The notes under the pieces were generated by a model, which was given only the letters and a program-made list of their open reading frames with translations, did no database searches and had not been told where the DNA came from. A DNA stretch of 64,000 nucleotides. Source: Octopus vulgaris (lineage: Eukaryota). Position numbers and translations under genes: made by a program. How positions within the stretch are numbered: position 1 is the first letter of the stretch; every line of letters starts with the position of its first letter. Shown piece after piece: positions 1 to 12,690 of this stretch. The DNA is taken from NCBI GenBank assembly GCA_951406725.2, contig OX597819.1, positions 106,392,001 to 106,456,000 on the forward strand, in the 5' to 3' direction.

Positions 1-2549
1 TATACTTAGTAAAACCAGTAAAGATACGACTATCTCTGACCGCCTACTACGTAATCCGGTTCTTCACATACTTCTCTTTACTTATCGTGACTATGTTATT
101 CCATTCGTCACGTGGGAGGATGTGTATCATTATTATTAATTCCCTACAACATTTTCTTTGTTACATTTGACAATATGAGATTTAATAAGTTTCAACATAA
201 TTAGCCAGTTTGCGTTTGGCCACTTTCCCACTTTAGATGCTTATTATTGTTTTAAATAACATCTCTTTAATAAGACTGTAATACACTTTCGCAATTTATA
301 TTTCGCATTTTAAGCTTCCTGCTTTAAAACAGAAAATTTTCATTATTATTTACTCACTTAATATTCACACTTCATTCCTCTATTTCTGTTTTTAATCTTT
401 TAATTTTATTTCATGATATTTTTCTTTAACACTATACTTAATTCCGTTAATTCCCGCGAACGAATATTACGTTATTTGTTTTCTATAATGTATTTTAAAC
501 ATAATTTATAAATGTCTTGAATGGTTGGAATTGCTTTATAAATATTTCAAGTTTAAAAAAATGTTTTCGTGTAGCTTATTAAAGATTAAAAATTAATTTT
601 GGTGTGTTGTGTCTCAAACTGAAGAAACAATGAGATGCCAGAATGGTTGATAATTTAGATCTTAAAACGCTTTCTTTGAACTGATTCCAATTAGAAATGT
701 CTGAAATATTTAAGTCGAGTTCCAGAAGATGAATTCCAGTATCAGCGTGGTTTTCATAATATTTTCAGCCATTTATATAATGTAGGGTTAAACATAATTA
801 AAATTGTGGCAGACAACATTAATGTTATTCTGTAAATCAAGAGAAATGGAGATATGCCTGTACTCTAACAAAACTATGATATTTAGTGTAACAAGAAAGA
901 AACATAACGTATATTTGAATGTCATAAAATGTTTTGTACTCCATCATATTTTAATTTTCAGATTGTAAAATGTATGCATTTAGGAGGATAGAATTTCTAA
1001 AATTTGGACTTACAAAACATCAGATGTAAGAGAAAGGAAAATGTCCGTGGAGATTAGACTGTTAGAAACAGCAGCAAACTGCTATTTAATCCGTATGCAA
1101 CATTAAATAACAGGTTCTACATATATTACGTTTGAAAATGAGATTGGAATTTACGTCCGCTAGTTTTTTAAGACTATTGTCAAAGGGAATCAACGAAACT
1201 TACTTTTTTTTTGCAGAAAGGCAAAATAAATTTTCATGATTTCTCATGCAGTTCTGGAGCAAATAATTGATATATGTACATGTTGGTTTTTCACAGTATG
1301 ATACACAATTTTAGATAATGAGAATTACAAAAGAAACAAACATCTAACTGAATTTATTAGGTACACTCTGACTGAAACCAAGGATAAAATTAATCATCTG
1401 AAACAAATTCGTAATAAACGAATTCACAAACAAACAGCTGCTTTGACATGTTTATTCCCCTGTGTTACATCATTATTATCATTATCTGAAATTGCTTTTT
1501 ACAAGCTGCAATGATTGCAGCGTTTGATTTTTGTACGGTAGCTAGTTTCAGTTGTATGATTTTTCAATAAAAGTATTATTAATAAATGAATATTGTACAA
1601 TGTGCATTTAAATATATAAATATAATATATAAAATATAAATATATTAGTGTATGTATACACACATGCCGATGATAGCATGAACAAAAATTAAAATACCCA
1701 GTATCAATTAGAGGATATAATGTATAACACAGATGAAAAACATAATATTCGACAATTCAAAGAATACTGTAAAATTCACAATATAGTAGTAGCAGGTCAG
1801 ATGTAACGCCATCTTTCATTTATGGCGGAAAGCGTGGCTGTTACAGTTTAGTGGATATAATTTTAATATGAGTTGTGTTATTTCCCAGCTGATTGCTGCA
1901 AGACACCTGGTTATAATTTGCTTCAAATGAGGGGAACCTCCTTGCAATGAATAAATGTTTACGTATTCGATTATAACAAGCGTTTTCTGCAAATAACAAA
2001 TTAAATAACACTATGGACCTGGCAGTAAAGGATTTATGTGTGTATGTGTGTGTGTATGTAGTTGATAGATGCTGTTCTATGATGTAAATTTTACCAATAG
2101 TACACACTTAATGTACGTTTGTTTGAACGTCAGAAGCTGTTGTTTATCGTTCGGTAAAACCCCTCAAACGGCGTGAAGTTTTGAGAACTATAATATACTT
2201 CAGAGCTACGCGAAGCTACCAAAGGCGTAGCAGATACGTATTTTGCTGTATTTGCTGCTTATTACCAGTATATATCAAGTTAATTTCAAAACAAAACAGA
2301 AATCTTTATCCTGAAATATGCACAGATAATATAAAAAGTATATAATAACTGGTAACGACCCTGCAGAAATAGAATACGTTTAGACTATGAAATATAGGCA
2401 GCCCTTTAATGTAAGCATTACCAATACCATGAACTTAACGTGCGTGTATTGTTTGAATGCCTGAATTTGTCTCTTTCCCCCCAAAAGAAAAGCTCAACTT
2501 TGTAATCTGTCCCGTCTGTGTTCAGCCTTGTGTGGCTAATAAAGAAACA

Positions 2550-2645
<96 letters not shown>

Positions 2646-2666
2646 ATCTATCTATGTATCTATCTA
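2550..2666. repeat. (TATC)n microsatellite
   Basis: Long near-perfect ATCT run; source of the spurious YLSI ORFs. Representative of dozens of similar (TA)n/(CA)n/(TATC)n/(CATA)n/(AAT)n tracts in the window. Confidence 0.95.
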
Positions 2667-3688
2667 TATATATTCTGACTATCTACTTTATTTGTCCGTA
2701 TGCCTTTCTATCTATGGATCAATATGTATGTGAATGTGTGTGTGCGTGTATGTGCATGTGGTGTGTGTGTGTATGTGTGTGTGTGTGTGTGTGTATGTGT
2801 GTGTGTGTGTGTGTGTGTTTGTGTGTGCATGTCTGTCCGTGTGCATGTACGTTTAAATTCATAACTATTTATAACTCTAGCTATTTTACATTCTCTATCC
2901 CTCATCTCTCCTTATTTTGTATTCCGATTCTCTCCCCAATGTCCAACATTTTTCATTAATGATCCAAATGCTAGTAATTCCACCTTAGTAATTATTAAGA
3001 AAAGCACTATAGATTCTTTACTAATTTATACCCAAATGATTATGTCATTATTTGAATATGTGCATAATATGTATCGTATCAAAATAATCCCCTTACTATT
3101 GCTGACTAGTCTATAACTAGAAAAACAAACATTCAATTATCTTTCTCACCTTAGACGTGTTTCTCTCCTAAATACAATTATCATAGAATGACGTTCCTTA
3201 CGAACATAAAACCTCTCATTATCATCGGTTCCCTCCCAGAACGACTATTGTAGATCAGCACAAATTCGGAACTAATCTCCGCCGACATTCGAAACTACAT
3301 GTGGTTCTCCGACTTCAGACAATAGGTGTTTGTCTCTCTGTATCTCTCGCACTTTATTGCTGCTATAGTGCAGTATTCATCGTAGTAGTTATGATGTATT
3401 TCTCTCTTTTGCTACTCTTCATTCATTTTCTGTTTTTTTTTTTTTTCCTGTAGCTATTGCTTGATATTCTATCTACACACAATTGTGATTTTCTAGTTTC
3501 GAAGAAACTTGCAAGCATTGAAGTAGCACGATTAGAATTCTGTAAACAATTCAAGAAGAACGTAAACATTCCACAGTACGAATACTCATTGATACATTTA
3601 TAATATGCGCACGTGTGTTTGTGTGTGGTTGTGTGTTTGTGTGTGTCTATGTGTGTATGCGTTCGTGTGAATGTATAATAAATATATA

Positions 3689-3750
<62 letters not shown>

Positions 3751-3790
3751 ACATACACACATGCACGCACACACATACATACATGCATAC

Positions 3791-4072
3791 CTACATATAT
3801 ATATAATACAAATCCCGTTGTGAGAGTGTGCGTAAAAGACTATAATAGCCGTAGTTTTCAACTGATTTTCTCCAAACTTAGACCATACACTAGGTATGTA
3901 CCAGCGATGGTTTTAAACTCTTGAGACTTTTCAAACAATTAGTAACGGGCCCCCTAGAGGTAGAAAATCTCCGTTACTGGGTTACGCGAAGTAACTTTTA
4001 GAAATTGGAGTTTTCCCTTACATCCATTGGTCAAAAAATCATCACAATCACATCTAATATATAAAATAGAGA
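3791..4072 (+). mobile_element. Non-autonomous Helitron-like (Lep1/HINE-style) 5' region
   Basis: ATATAATACAAATCCCGTTGTGAGAGTGTG...CCGTAGTTTTCAACTGATTTTCTCCAAACTT resembles the 5' architecture of non-autonomous Helitrons; a second TCTAATATATAAAA start lies near 4053. No 3' CTAG/hairpin end identified. Confidence 0.45.
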
Positions 4073-4679
4073 TGTGTGCGAGAGTGTGTATTCTCTTTTC
4101 ACGCTTATCTCTATCTCTCTGTGTATATCTTTATATCCATTCTATCTCTATATTTATCTATCTCTCTGTATTTATCTCTCTATATCTTATCTATCTATAT
4201 CTACCTATCTACATTTATCTTATTAGTCTAACAAGTTAGCTCTCTCTGTCTCTTCCCTTGTCTATATCTCACTCACTCCCTATTGTTTTCAATTTCATTT
4301 TTCAGATGATATCGTTTTCACTTTAAGTTCAAACGCTATTTTTGTACTGTAAGTTTTCAATCAATATTTACAAACAACGACAAATTCCTGACAGAATGAA
4401 GTTCACAACTACTGATGAAAGTAATTTCATATATGATTTACTGCCAGAAGTAACTTCATGAATTACACTTCAGTCCGTACACTTCATTAGATTTACCTAC
4501 AAATTTCCTATTTACGTTTGCAAAGTTCTGTGTTTTTTTTGTTGATGGAATTACTGATAAAAGTAACTTCATAATTTACTGAGAGAAGTAACTTAATTTC
4601 ACTTAAGTGTTAATTTCCCTTAAAAATTCTTATTTTGCAACAGTTTTGTGTTTTTTCTGTTTAAGCAATATAATGAGAT

Positions 4680-4832
4680 TTGGTAAATCTATCACTCAGA
4701 CGTAGATGCACTCTGCATCGACAACGGATTGCATTCTCAGAATACAGAATGATACCCTTTAGTGAGCATATTGAGAAATGCGCAAAGCAACTACTACCAC
4801 AATTTGAAAAATATAAGCCCAAACTTAACCAT
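4680..4832 (+). pseudogene. Penelope-like element GIY-YIG endonuclease C-terminal remnant (internally deleted)
   Basis: LRRRCTLHRQRI...YRMIPFSEHIEKCAK...PQF/EKYKPKLN matches the R-x3-H...H...KY.PKLN pattern of PLE endonuclease ends. It is followed by a degenerate HHR-like tail (AACACGAAACCGGTA, ~5015-5029). Confidence 0.55.
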
Positions 4833-5154
4833 TCTAACATTCGTATACAGAGAAACTCACCCCATTAAATAAAAGGAAAAAAAATATAAAGCGATTATCT
4901 CCCTTATACCGGAGGAAATCGGTTATTACCTCCCCCTACCTGGAACTCTTCTTTGCACTTCATAACGAAGACATAACACGACGTAGATAAAGACATTTGA
5001 GTATTTGAAAAGTTAACACGAAACCGGTAATTTTTTCAAAAACTATGTTACTGTATGAAAAAACTTTTATAACATTCTTCTAACATAATGACTCAAATAT
5101 ATTATTTAACCTTATAAAACAAGCCTTCTGTAGTTTTTTCGCTCTTTACTATTT

Positions 5155-5229
<75 letters not shown>

Positions 5230-5241
5230 TTATATGTACGT

Positions 5242-5361
5242 ATGACAGGTTTCTTACAGTTTCCGTCTACCAAATCTACTAACAAGTCTTTAGTCGGCCC
5301 GTGGCTACAGTAGACGACATTTGCGTAGGTGCCATGTAGTGGGACTGAGACCGGAAGAATG
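5242..5361 (-). mobile_element. CORE-type tRNA-derived SINE, 5' part
   Basis: CAGTTTCCGTCTACCAAATC...GGCTACAGTAGACGACATTTGC...AGTGGGACTGA matches the other copies in the window (57187+, 49563-, 53205-). Confidence 0.85.
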
Positions 5362-5377
5362 TGAATACGTGTATATG

Positions 5378-5408
<31 letters not shown>

Positions 5409-5442
5409 GTATATATATGTATATATATATATATGTCTATAT

Positions 5443-5506
<64 letters not shown>

Positions 5507-5620
5507 ATATTTCGGAATGGTAATATTGGCAGTTTAGCCAATAAAAACACACGCACTATATATTTGGTGTTATTTTGCTTCAGTGATATTTATTTTTTAC
5601 ATTAATCTTAATCTTATTTC

Positions 5621-5665
5621 GGCCAAAGTTCTTTCGTCACACTCCTGTGACCGCATCAGTGGTCC
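5621..5665 (-). ncRNA. Type I minimal hammerhead-like motif in inverted pLTR
   Basis: Reverse-complement copy of 6896-6940. Confidence 0.6.
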
Positions 5666-5743
5666 TTTGTTTTCTTCTCACTTATTTGTGTCTCTCCTTA
5701 CTAACCGTCAGCCATTTTGTATTTCTATTGTATGTCTTCATTT

Positions 5744-6406
5744 ATGTAATGATAGGAATGGGATTTGCCCACTCTATAGGAACAAGTCATGGAACACTAT
5801 AGAAAGGACAAAAAACAAAAAGAAAATAGGGAAGGCCAACTCTTGGTATGATAGCCATAAATACCAGGGTGTCATGTTCGTTGACACCACCCCTGGAGGT
5901 GAACTGGCGTACCGCTTTAGAAGGACCCTAGATAAACTTAAACTAAGAAGTAAGGTTGTTGAAAAGCCAGGCAACCCTATCAGATCTATAATTGGTAGAA
6001 CCTATCCTTTTAGTAGAACCCTCTGTACGGATAACTATTGCACTGTATGTAGACTTAGCCCACAAACAAACTGTAAAGCCAGAAATGTGGTCTATAGTAT
6101 AAGATGTATAGAGGGACGATGCAGTAACAAGACAGTAACATACGTAGGGGAAACAGCAAGAAGCATTGGAGAGCGGGTGAATGACATTGGAGACAACTCA
6201 AGGAAGGTAAGAGCTCACCGATTCTGTACCAACACGCCGAACAGGAACACGGGGTATCAATCAATAACATAGAGATTAAGATATTGTCCACACATAGAAC
6301 AGATGCAACAATTAGACAAATTACAGAAGCTACACATATAATAGAAAATAAACCTAGCCTGAATAGAAAACTAGAATGGAGCAATAGCACACACCACAAC
6401 ATATGA
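5744..6406 (+). pseudogene. PLE RT-linker plus GIY-YIG endonuclease, one frameshift near 6184
   Basis: CPLYRNKSW...VMFVDTTPGGELA...CTVC...CKARNVVYSIRC..RC...YVGETARSIGERVN. After a 1-nt loss it continues HWRQLKEG...QHAEQEHG...RQITEATHIIENKPSLNRKLEW, stop at 6404-6406. The first ~54 aa of ORF 5583-6272 are only the inverted pLTR. Confidence 0.9.
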
Positions 6407-6532
6407 CGATAGTGGATCCTGCAAACATAATAAATACACAGATAATTAAAGAAATAGAAATGAATAACTATATATATGTATATATATCTATGTATGTATA
6501 TGTGTATATATATATATATATGTATATGTGTA

Positions 6533-6577
<45 letters not shown>

Positions 6578-6895
6578 TTTCGATTAGATTTATTATTATT
6601 ATTACTAATATTGTTGTTATACATACATACAAGCATATGTAATGATAATAATGGGTCGATGTAAACACATGAACAAAATTAGAACAAAAGCAACAACAAC
6701 AAAAACAAAATACAAATTACAAGAATGTATATAAACAGAAGATACAAATATTACAGGCATCCCCCCCCACACACACACTAAATAAACATAGACGCACATA
6801 GAGATATAAGCATGCGCAAATGAAGACATACAATAGAAATACAAAATGGCTGACGGTTAGTAAGGAGAGACACAAATAAGTGAGAAGAAAACAAA

Positions 6896-6940
6896 GGACC
6901 ACTGATGCGGTCACAGGAGTGTGACGAAAGAACTTTGGCC
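6896..6940 (+). ncRNA. Type I minimal hammerhead-like motif (A9C core variant) in pLTR
   Basis: CCA-CTGATGCG-GTCAC(aggagt)GTGAC-GAAA-G(aa)CT-T-TGG: stem I CCA/TGG, 5-bp stem II, GAAA, minimal stem III, CUU triplet. It lies just 3' of the PLE endonuclease ORF, the expected position. Confidence 0.65.
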
Positions 6941-7115
6941 GAAATAAGATTAAGATTAATGTAAAAAATAAATATCACTGAAGCAAAATAACACCAAATA
7001 TATAGTGCGTGTGTTTTTATTGGCTAAACTGCCAATATGACCATTCCGAAATATAACAATATCTGTTTCAACACACGACTTCACATAAAAAATCTTGCAC
7101 AACAAATATTTAAAC

Positions 7116-7188
<73 letters not shown>

Positions 7189-7731
7189 TACATATAATGA
7201 ATTAAAAACATAAAATGAATGAACAAACAAACGGGAAACAGACACAAATGATCACAAACTTCTCATTTGTTTTCGCCCAGAGGCTTAACCTTACTAGAAT
7301 ATGTATTTTTAAAATCCAGCGGTAACAATTTGAAAAAGGAAAGGACTATTTTAGCTATAAGCGAATGGGAGAGGATTCAAACTATGTGCATAACGAAGCA
7401 CTTCAAGTTAATACAAACAGATAACTTACTAAAGCGAAAACATGAGAATAGGTTTGAAAAATTTTCAAAACTTTGTATTTTTTATGACTACTACTTGATA
7501 AAAATCAATATAAAATAAATAATCAGAAAGACACAAAATAACATTTAAATACACAGATACCTTAAGCATTAATCCCAAGTAGGTCTTCTGTATTATATTA
7601 TCTTTAGTGTAAAGGTGTATTATATATGTGTGTGCATGTGTGAGTGTGTGTGAGTGTGTGTGTGTGTGTGAGTGTGTGTAGACGCATCCACCAGAACATT
7701 CACACACACGCTTATATATACATCTATATGC

Positions 7732-7773
<42 letters not shown>

Positions 7774-8004
7774 CTACATCTATCTTTCTGTCTGTCTGAC
7801 TATCAATGTGTTTGTATATGTATATATAATATATGCCTGTATATAGTTATACGCACGCACACAGACACGCATATAGAGAGAGGTAATGGGTGAGATAGAC
7901 AGATGGAGTACATACATAAGTGCATTTATATACAGAAACACATGCATGTTTTTATATCTGTCTCTCTGTCTATATAACATATATTTATACATAAGTCTAT
8001 CTAT

Positions 8005-8072
<68 letters not shown>

Positions 8073-8192
8073 ATATATATATATACACACACACACATAT
8101 ATATATACATATATGCATATATATATATATATATAAATATATATATATAATTATATATATATATATATACACAAAACTTATAAATAAATTAT

Positions 8193-8229
<37 letters not shown>

Positions 8230-8533
8230 CATATCAATATATATATATATATGTATATTTATGCATTTATTTCCATGAGATTTCGTTTATTCAGAAACCT
8301 ATAAAAATCTAGACAATTGTATGTCATAGGGCCTACGTAACATTTCTGTCATCACTTGCCTTTTACACTCCATGCTGCCATAAAATCAATTGCCTAAGAG
8401 ATGTGCCTGTCTGCTAAACTCATAGTGCTTTCAATTCGCTTCAATTTTGCAAAGAATAACCGCTGTGTTGTCACTTTCTTAATGTAAATCCTAAATTTTA
8501 TCTTTGCCTAACACATGTATTTTTTGTTATTTG

Positions 8534-8625
<92 letters not shown>

Positions 8626-8760
8626 GTGTCTGTGTGTGTGTATGACGTAGGTTCTATTTATATATCAGTCTGTCTGTCTACGTGTCCGTTTATATCTATA
8701 TCTATCTATCTATACATACATACATACATACATACATACATACATACATACATACACACA

Positions 8761-8833
<73 letters not shown>

Positions 8834-10401
8834 CTATCTATCTATATATACATACATACACACACACACACATACAGACACACACACACATATATATATA
8901 TATACATCTCCCAACGTACATTTAAGTATTTGGATTCACATGGACCGGTTCCTGCTCTGGCAAAAATGTCTCAGTTTGCTAAGCACTCGTTACCGTGATA
9001 GAGAATCCCAACCCGTCGTGTTGAAGTCTACGATGCAACTGATTCGTTTTCACCGAAATCATGGCAGCCACTAGTGTGAAAATAATTTCAATAAAGAGCA
9101 AATAATTTACTAGAAAAAAATAATTCACGAAATTCCAGAATTAAATAAGAGCTTTGATTGTTATTTCCAGCAGGTAGATATACATAGTATATCACTTGAT
9201 TAATTTTAATCATTCAGCTATTAAATGCTTTTCGGGGGCCTGCAATCGCCAATATTATTGATTGTTATTATCATTTTTAAATTGTTACACAAGATAATAA
9301 CACAATAACAGAGTCAATGGTATCTTAACAAATTATTTTTTCGTGATATATATATACATAATTTTCATAAGTTATTGGAAAAACAAAAATGTCTATTCCT
9401 ATCAGAATGTTCTATAAATAGAATTATTCATCGTTAGAATTAAAAGTAAATCGAACTTTTTTTGCTGTTACTTATCACTCTGTTACTTGGATCCATATGT
9501 GAAAGGTAAGACGGAATATGTTTAAAGAAGTATTTAAGTGAAAAAAAAATGTAATTTGATTACAATTCTAAATTTAGTCAAATTTAATCACGAAACGAAA
9601 ATATGAAAAATACAGTACAATCTTTAGACGTTTTAAAAAGAGAGGCTTTAAATAGTATGCGGAACGAAAATTCGAAAACATTTTAATTTAAGTCTTCAAA
9701 TTAACATTGAAGTTAAAAGCAAAGAAAAACAAATTGTCTTTATCCGGTCTACATTAACTTGATGCTTTTCCTTCCTATGGGAGGGAAAAAGTAGTCTGTA
9801 GATGTATATACTTGTATAGAACGAGTTATATACATTGTGTGTAGATACTACATAACCGTGTGTATTAGTCTTTATAAAAGTAAAGAAGTGATAAACCGAA
9901 GAAAGACGGTGTACATCAAATTTTAAAACAATTGGATTTTCTGATTTAAACTAAATGTACCTGGTATTTTAATTTACTTTCCAGAAACAACCAAAACAAT
10001 ATTATATTTCAAAGTATTTAATCTCCCGCGTCTTCATTGGAGACGAACCACTTCAGCACTTCATTGCAAGTTTCTACAGCACCACAGAATACTTGGCAGA
10101 GTCTATGTTGGATTCTTTTACGTCCGTCATCAGGAATTATACCGCGATTTCTCTCTTCAGCCATCAGTGGACGAAGCATAATTCAAAACCTGTCCTTCGA
10201 AGAAGAATCGCCCGACGACCAAGCTGCCATTTTTACGTTCTAAATGTTTTTTTTTTATGACTTAACTGCGAAACGAGCAGTTTTTTTACTACTCGAGGCT
10301 GCCATATTGTGAGGTCCAAACGATCAGTTTCTTATGGCTCGTCTTTCGTGTACATATACAAACGTATACATACATATATATGCGCCTTCGTATGTTATAT
10401 G

Positions 10402-10478
<77 letters not shown>

Positions 10479-10500
10479 TTATGTTACTCTCTGCGTATAT

Positions 10501-10554
10501 TCCACTGATGAAGCAAAGCATTTCTTACGCAGGGCCGTAAATCCGGGATCTGGA
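10501..10554 (+). ncRNA. Type I minimal hammerhead, unit 1
   Basis: TCCA-CTGATGA-AGC...GCC-GTAAA-TCCGGGA-TC-TGGA: perfect stem I TCCA/TGGA, near-palindromic stem III, AUC triplet; GAAA is disrupted. Confidence 0.65.
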
Positions 10555-10713
10555 TTTATCCAGTAATTTTTTGCTCGTTTATTTTGTCCTTTTGTCTTCT
10601 CTCCATATGGTCGTCTGCATACGTGCATATATATGTATGTATACGTTCGTATATGTACGTATTCGTATGTTATATGTATATTTATGCGTATTTATATTAC
10701 TATCTGTGTATAT

Positions 10714-10766
10714 GCCACTGATGAGGCAAAGCATTTCTTATGCATAGACAGAAATCTGGGATCTAG
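10714..10766 (+). ncRNA. Type I minimal hammerhead, unit 2
   Basis: CCA-CTGATGA-GGC...GACA-GAAA-TCTGGGA-TC-TAG: both core strands intact, stems partly decayed. Confidence 0.6.
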
Positions 10767-10994
10767 TTTATCTTATCCCTTTGTCTTATCTCCTGGTGCT
10801 GTATGAACACTTAATGCGGTGTTAGAGTCAAGTTTTGGCTGCTGTTTCCAGCGTGGTGGTATCTCTTAGATACCCTAAATTATAATTTTAACAATAATTA
10901 TTACCTTTGAAAGTTTTATATTCCCATGCTGGCTACTTGATAAGATCGATATTTAAATTAACGATCTTATCCTTATTTATATAAATATATATAT

Positions 10995-11024
<30 letters not shown>

Positions 11025-11026
<2 letters not shown>

Positions 11027-11235
11027 CTTTCTGTCTGGGTTTTCCCTCCCACCTCTGCTTGACATCGGTGTTGGTGTGTTTACGTTTGCGTAGCTGAGCG
11101 GTTCAGTAACGGTGACGATAAGATAAGTATCAGGCTTAGCAAAAAATATTAAGAACTGGGGTCGAGTCATTCGACTAAGATGTATCCGAGGCGGTGATCC
11201 AGCATGGCCGCAGTCTTTCGGCTGAAAGAAGTAAT
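11025..11235 (+). mobile_element. CORE-type SINE 3' half
   Basis: GCTTGACATCGGTGTTGGTGTGTTTACG...AGCGGTTCAG...GGGGTCGA...CCAGCATGGCCGCAGTC aligns with 57390-57545. Confidence 0.8.
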
Positions 11236-11254
11236 ACATACACTATAGAAATTG

Positions 11255-11595
11255 CGAGGTCAGGTGTTTAATAGATTACAGTATTCAACTGGTGTTTATT
11301 TTTCCGACACGAAAGTTTCAAAGGCAAAGTTGGCCTCGACAGAATTTGAACTCATAAGTAACGAGCTGGATGGATTGACTTTATGCATTTTGTCCAGTAT
11401 GCTTACGTCTTTCCCAGCTAACCACCTTCATTAACTGAACAAGTTTAATACACCAAGATACAGAAATATGTTTTTAATAAAGGCACAACGTCGGAAATTT
11501 TGTGTAGCAGGGATCTTTATTTTAACATCCCGAAAGGATAAAAGACAATGTTGACTATGGCGAGATTTGAGCTAGCATGTAAAGAGTCGGAAATA
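11255..11595 (-). mobile_element. Two degenerate Meta-domain SINE copies
   Basis: AAAGGCAAAGTTGGCCTCGACAGAATTTGAACTCA and GAAAGGATAAAAGACAATGTTGACTATGGCGAGATTTGAGC resemble the young copies at 37565 and 39960. Confidence 0.65.
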
Positions 11596-12042
11596 TTTTT
11601 TCTGAATGGTTGCTGTCTTGATTAACTCAAAAATAATAATACTCCGGTATATATGAATATGTGTTTTATAAATCAATCCTGAAATAGTACTGAGATCATA
11701 TATAGTTGATTTATTGTATCAACTAATATTTTATGCATATATCTCCAGAGAATTGGAGAAATATAGACGATATATTATAAGGTTATACGAAGGCGGGTTT
11801 GAATTATAATTTCTCAATCAATAAAATCAAAGACATGAGAGATCTTTGAAATCTTGAGCTAACAATGGAATCACTATATGGTCAATTGACCTACTAGAAA
11901 TTACTGCTTACTTTTCTTTTATTTAAGCTCTAGCATGTTAGTAATTGAAGGACACATTGGAATATACCGACCGACATTATTTGTATACGACTACAACTAC
12001 TTCTACGCACTAATGTTGCTGGTGCTGCTGCTGCTACTACCA

Positions 12043-12120
<78 letters not shown>

Positions 12121-12407
12121 GAGGCTTTACAAACCAAACTAATATCTTCGTGGTCATTCTCCCTCAAATCCCTAAAGTTAGAATAAATAACGTCCTCATA
12201 GATAGCTTTTGGTTACAGTATGAATATCTTTTCTTTTTATCAAACTCTGGTTCGATCAGGTCTGAACTGGGACTTAAATAAATACAATGTGCATCAAACT
12301 CGGAGGGAGGATCTGGCTGTAAATTCATCCTGCCATAAAGAAAAGAGCTTCATATCCTGAAGCTAAACTTTATCCTCTTAAAAATTGTAAAGACACATTG
12401 AATAATG

Positions 12408-12452
<45 letters not shown>

Positions 12453-12690
12453 CCGTTTAACGTCCGCTTTCCATGCTAGCATGGGTTGGACAGTTCGACC
12501 GGGGTTTCTACAGCTGGATGCCTTTCCTAACGCCAACCACTCCGTGAGTGTAGTTGATGCTTTTTACGTGCCAGGGGAGGCTGGAAACGGCTACGATCGC
12601 TTGGTGCTTTTTACGTGCCACCGTCACGGAAGCCAGCCAAGGCGGCGCTGGCATCAGCCACATTCTGATGGTGCTTTTTACGTGCCGGAG
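12408..12690 (-). mobile_element. SINE 3' end with (GAT)n tail and internal ~20-bp subrepeats
   Basis: (CAT)n-CGTTTAACGTCCGCTTTCCATGCTAGCATGGGTTGGAC...GGATGCCTTTCCTAACGCCAACC; TGCTTTTTACGTGCC occurs three times. Confidence 0.7.

Larger units (their letters stand above)
5499..7115 (+). mobile_element. 5'-truncated Penelope-like retroelement with inverted terminal repeat (pLTR)
   Basis: 5499-5743 is the reverse complement of 6818-7062 (~245 bp, one mismatch seen by eye). Between them lie a linker plus GIY-YIG frame, and the repeat carries an HHR motif. Flanked by (TA)n on both sides. Confidence 0.9.
10330..10793 (+). repeat. Diverged tandem dimer of non-coding HHR-containing units (retrozyme/pLTR-like)
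   Basis: Both units share TTCGTATGTTATATGTATAT, TATTTAT-TTACT-TCTG-GTATAT, CCACTGATGA-GCAAAGCATTTCTTA and TTTGTCTT-TCTCC. The two CTGATGA cores are 213 bp apart. Confidence 0.8.

Noticed and set aside
1791-1842. HHR-like hairpin CGCCAT/ATGGCG followed by GAAAGCGTG
   Set aside because: Core reads CAGATGTAA and stem I is poor; too degenerate to call.
2195-2245. GCTACGC/GCGTAGC hairpin followed by AGATACGTA
   Set aside because: Neither HHR core strand is intact.
4408-4432. CTGATGAAAG
   Set aside because: Part of an AAGTAACTTCAT subrepeat; no stem II/GAAA arrangement.
6778-6978. ORF identical to the start of ORF 5583-6272
   Set aside because: Simply the inverted pLTR read on the other strand.
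12555-12690. Three spaced ~20-bp repeats resembling a CRISPR array
   Set aside because: Eukaryotic SINE-internal subrepeats with uneven spacing and no cas genes.
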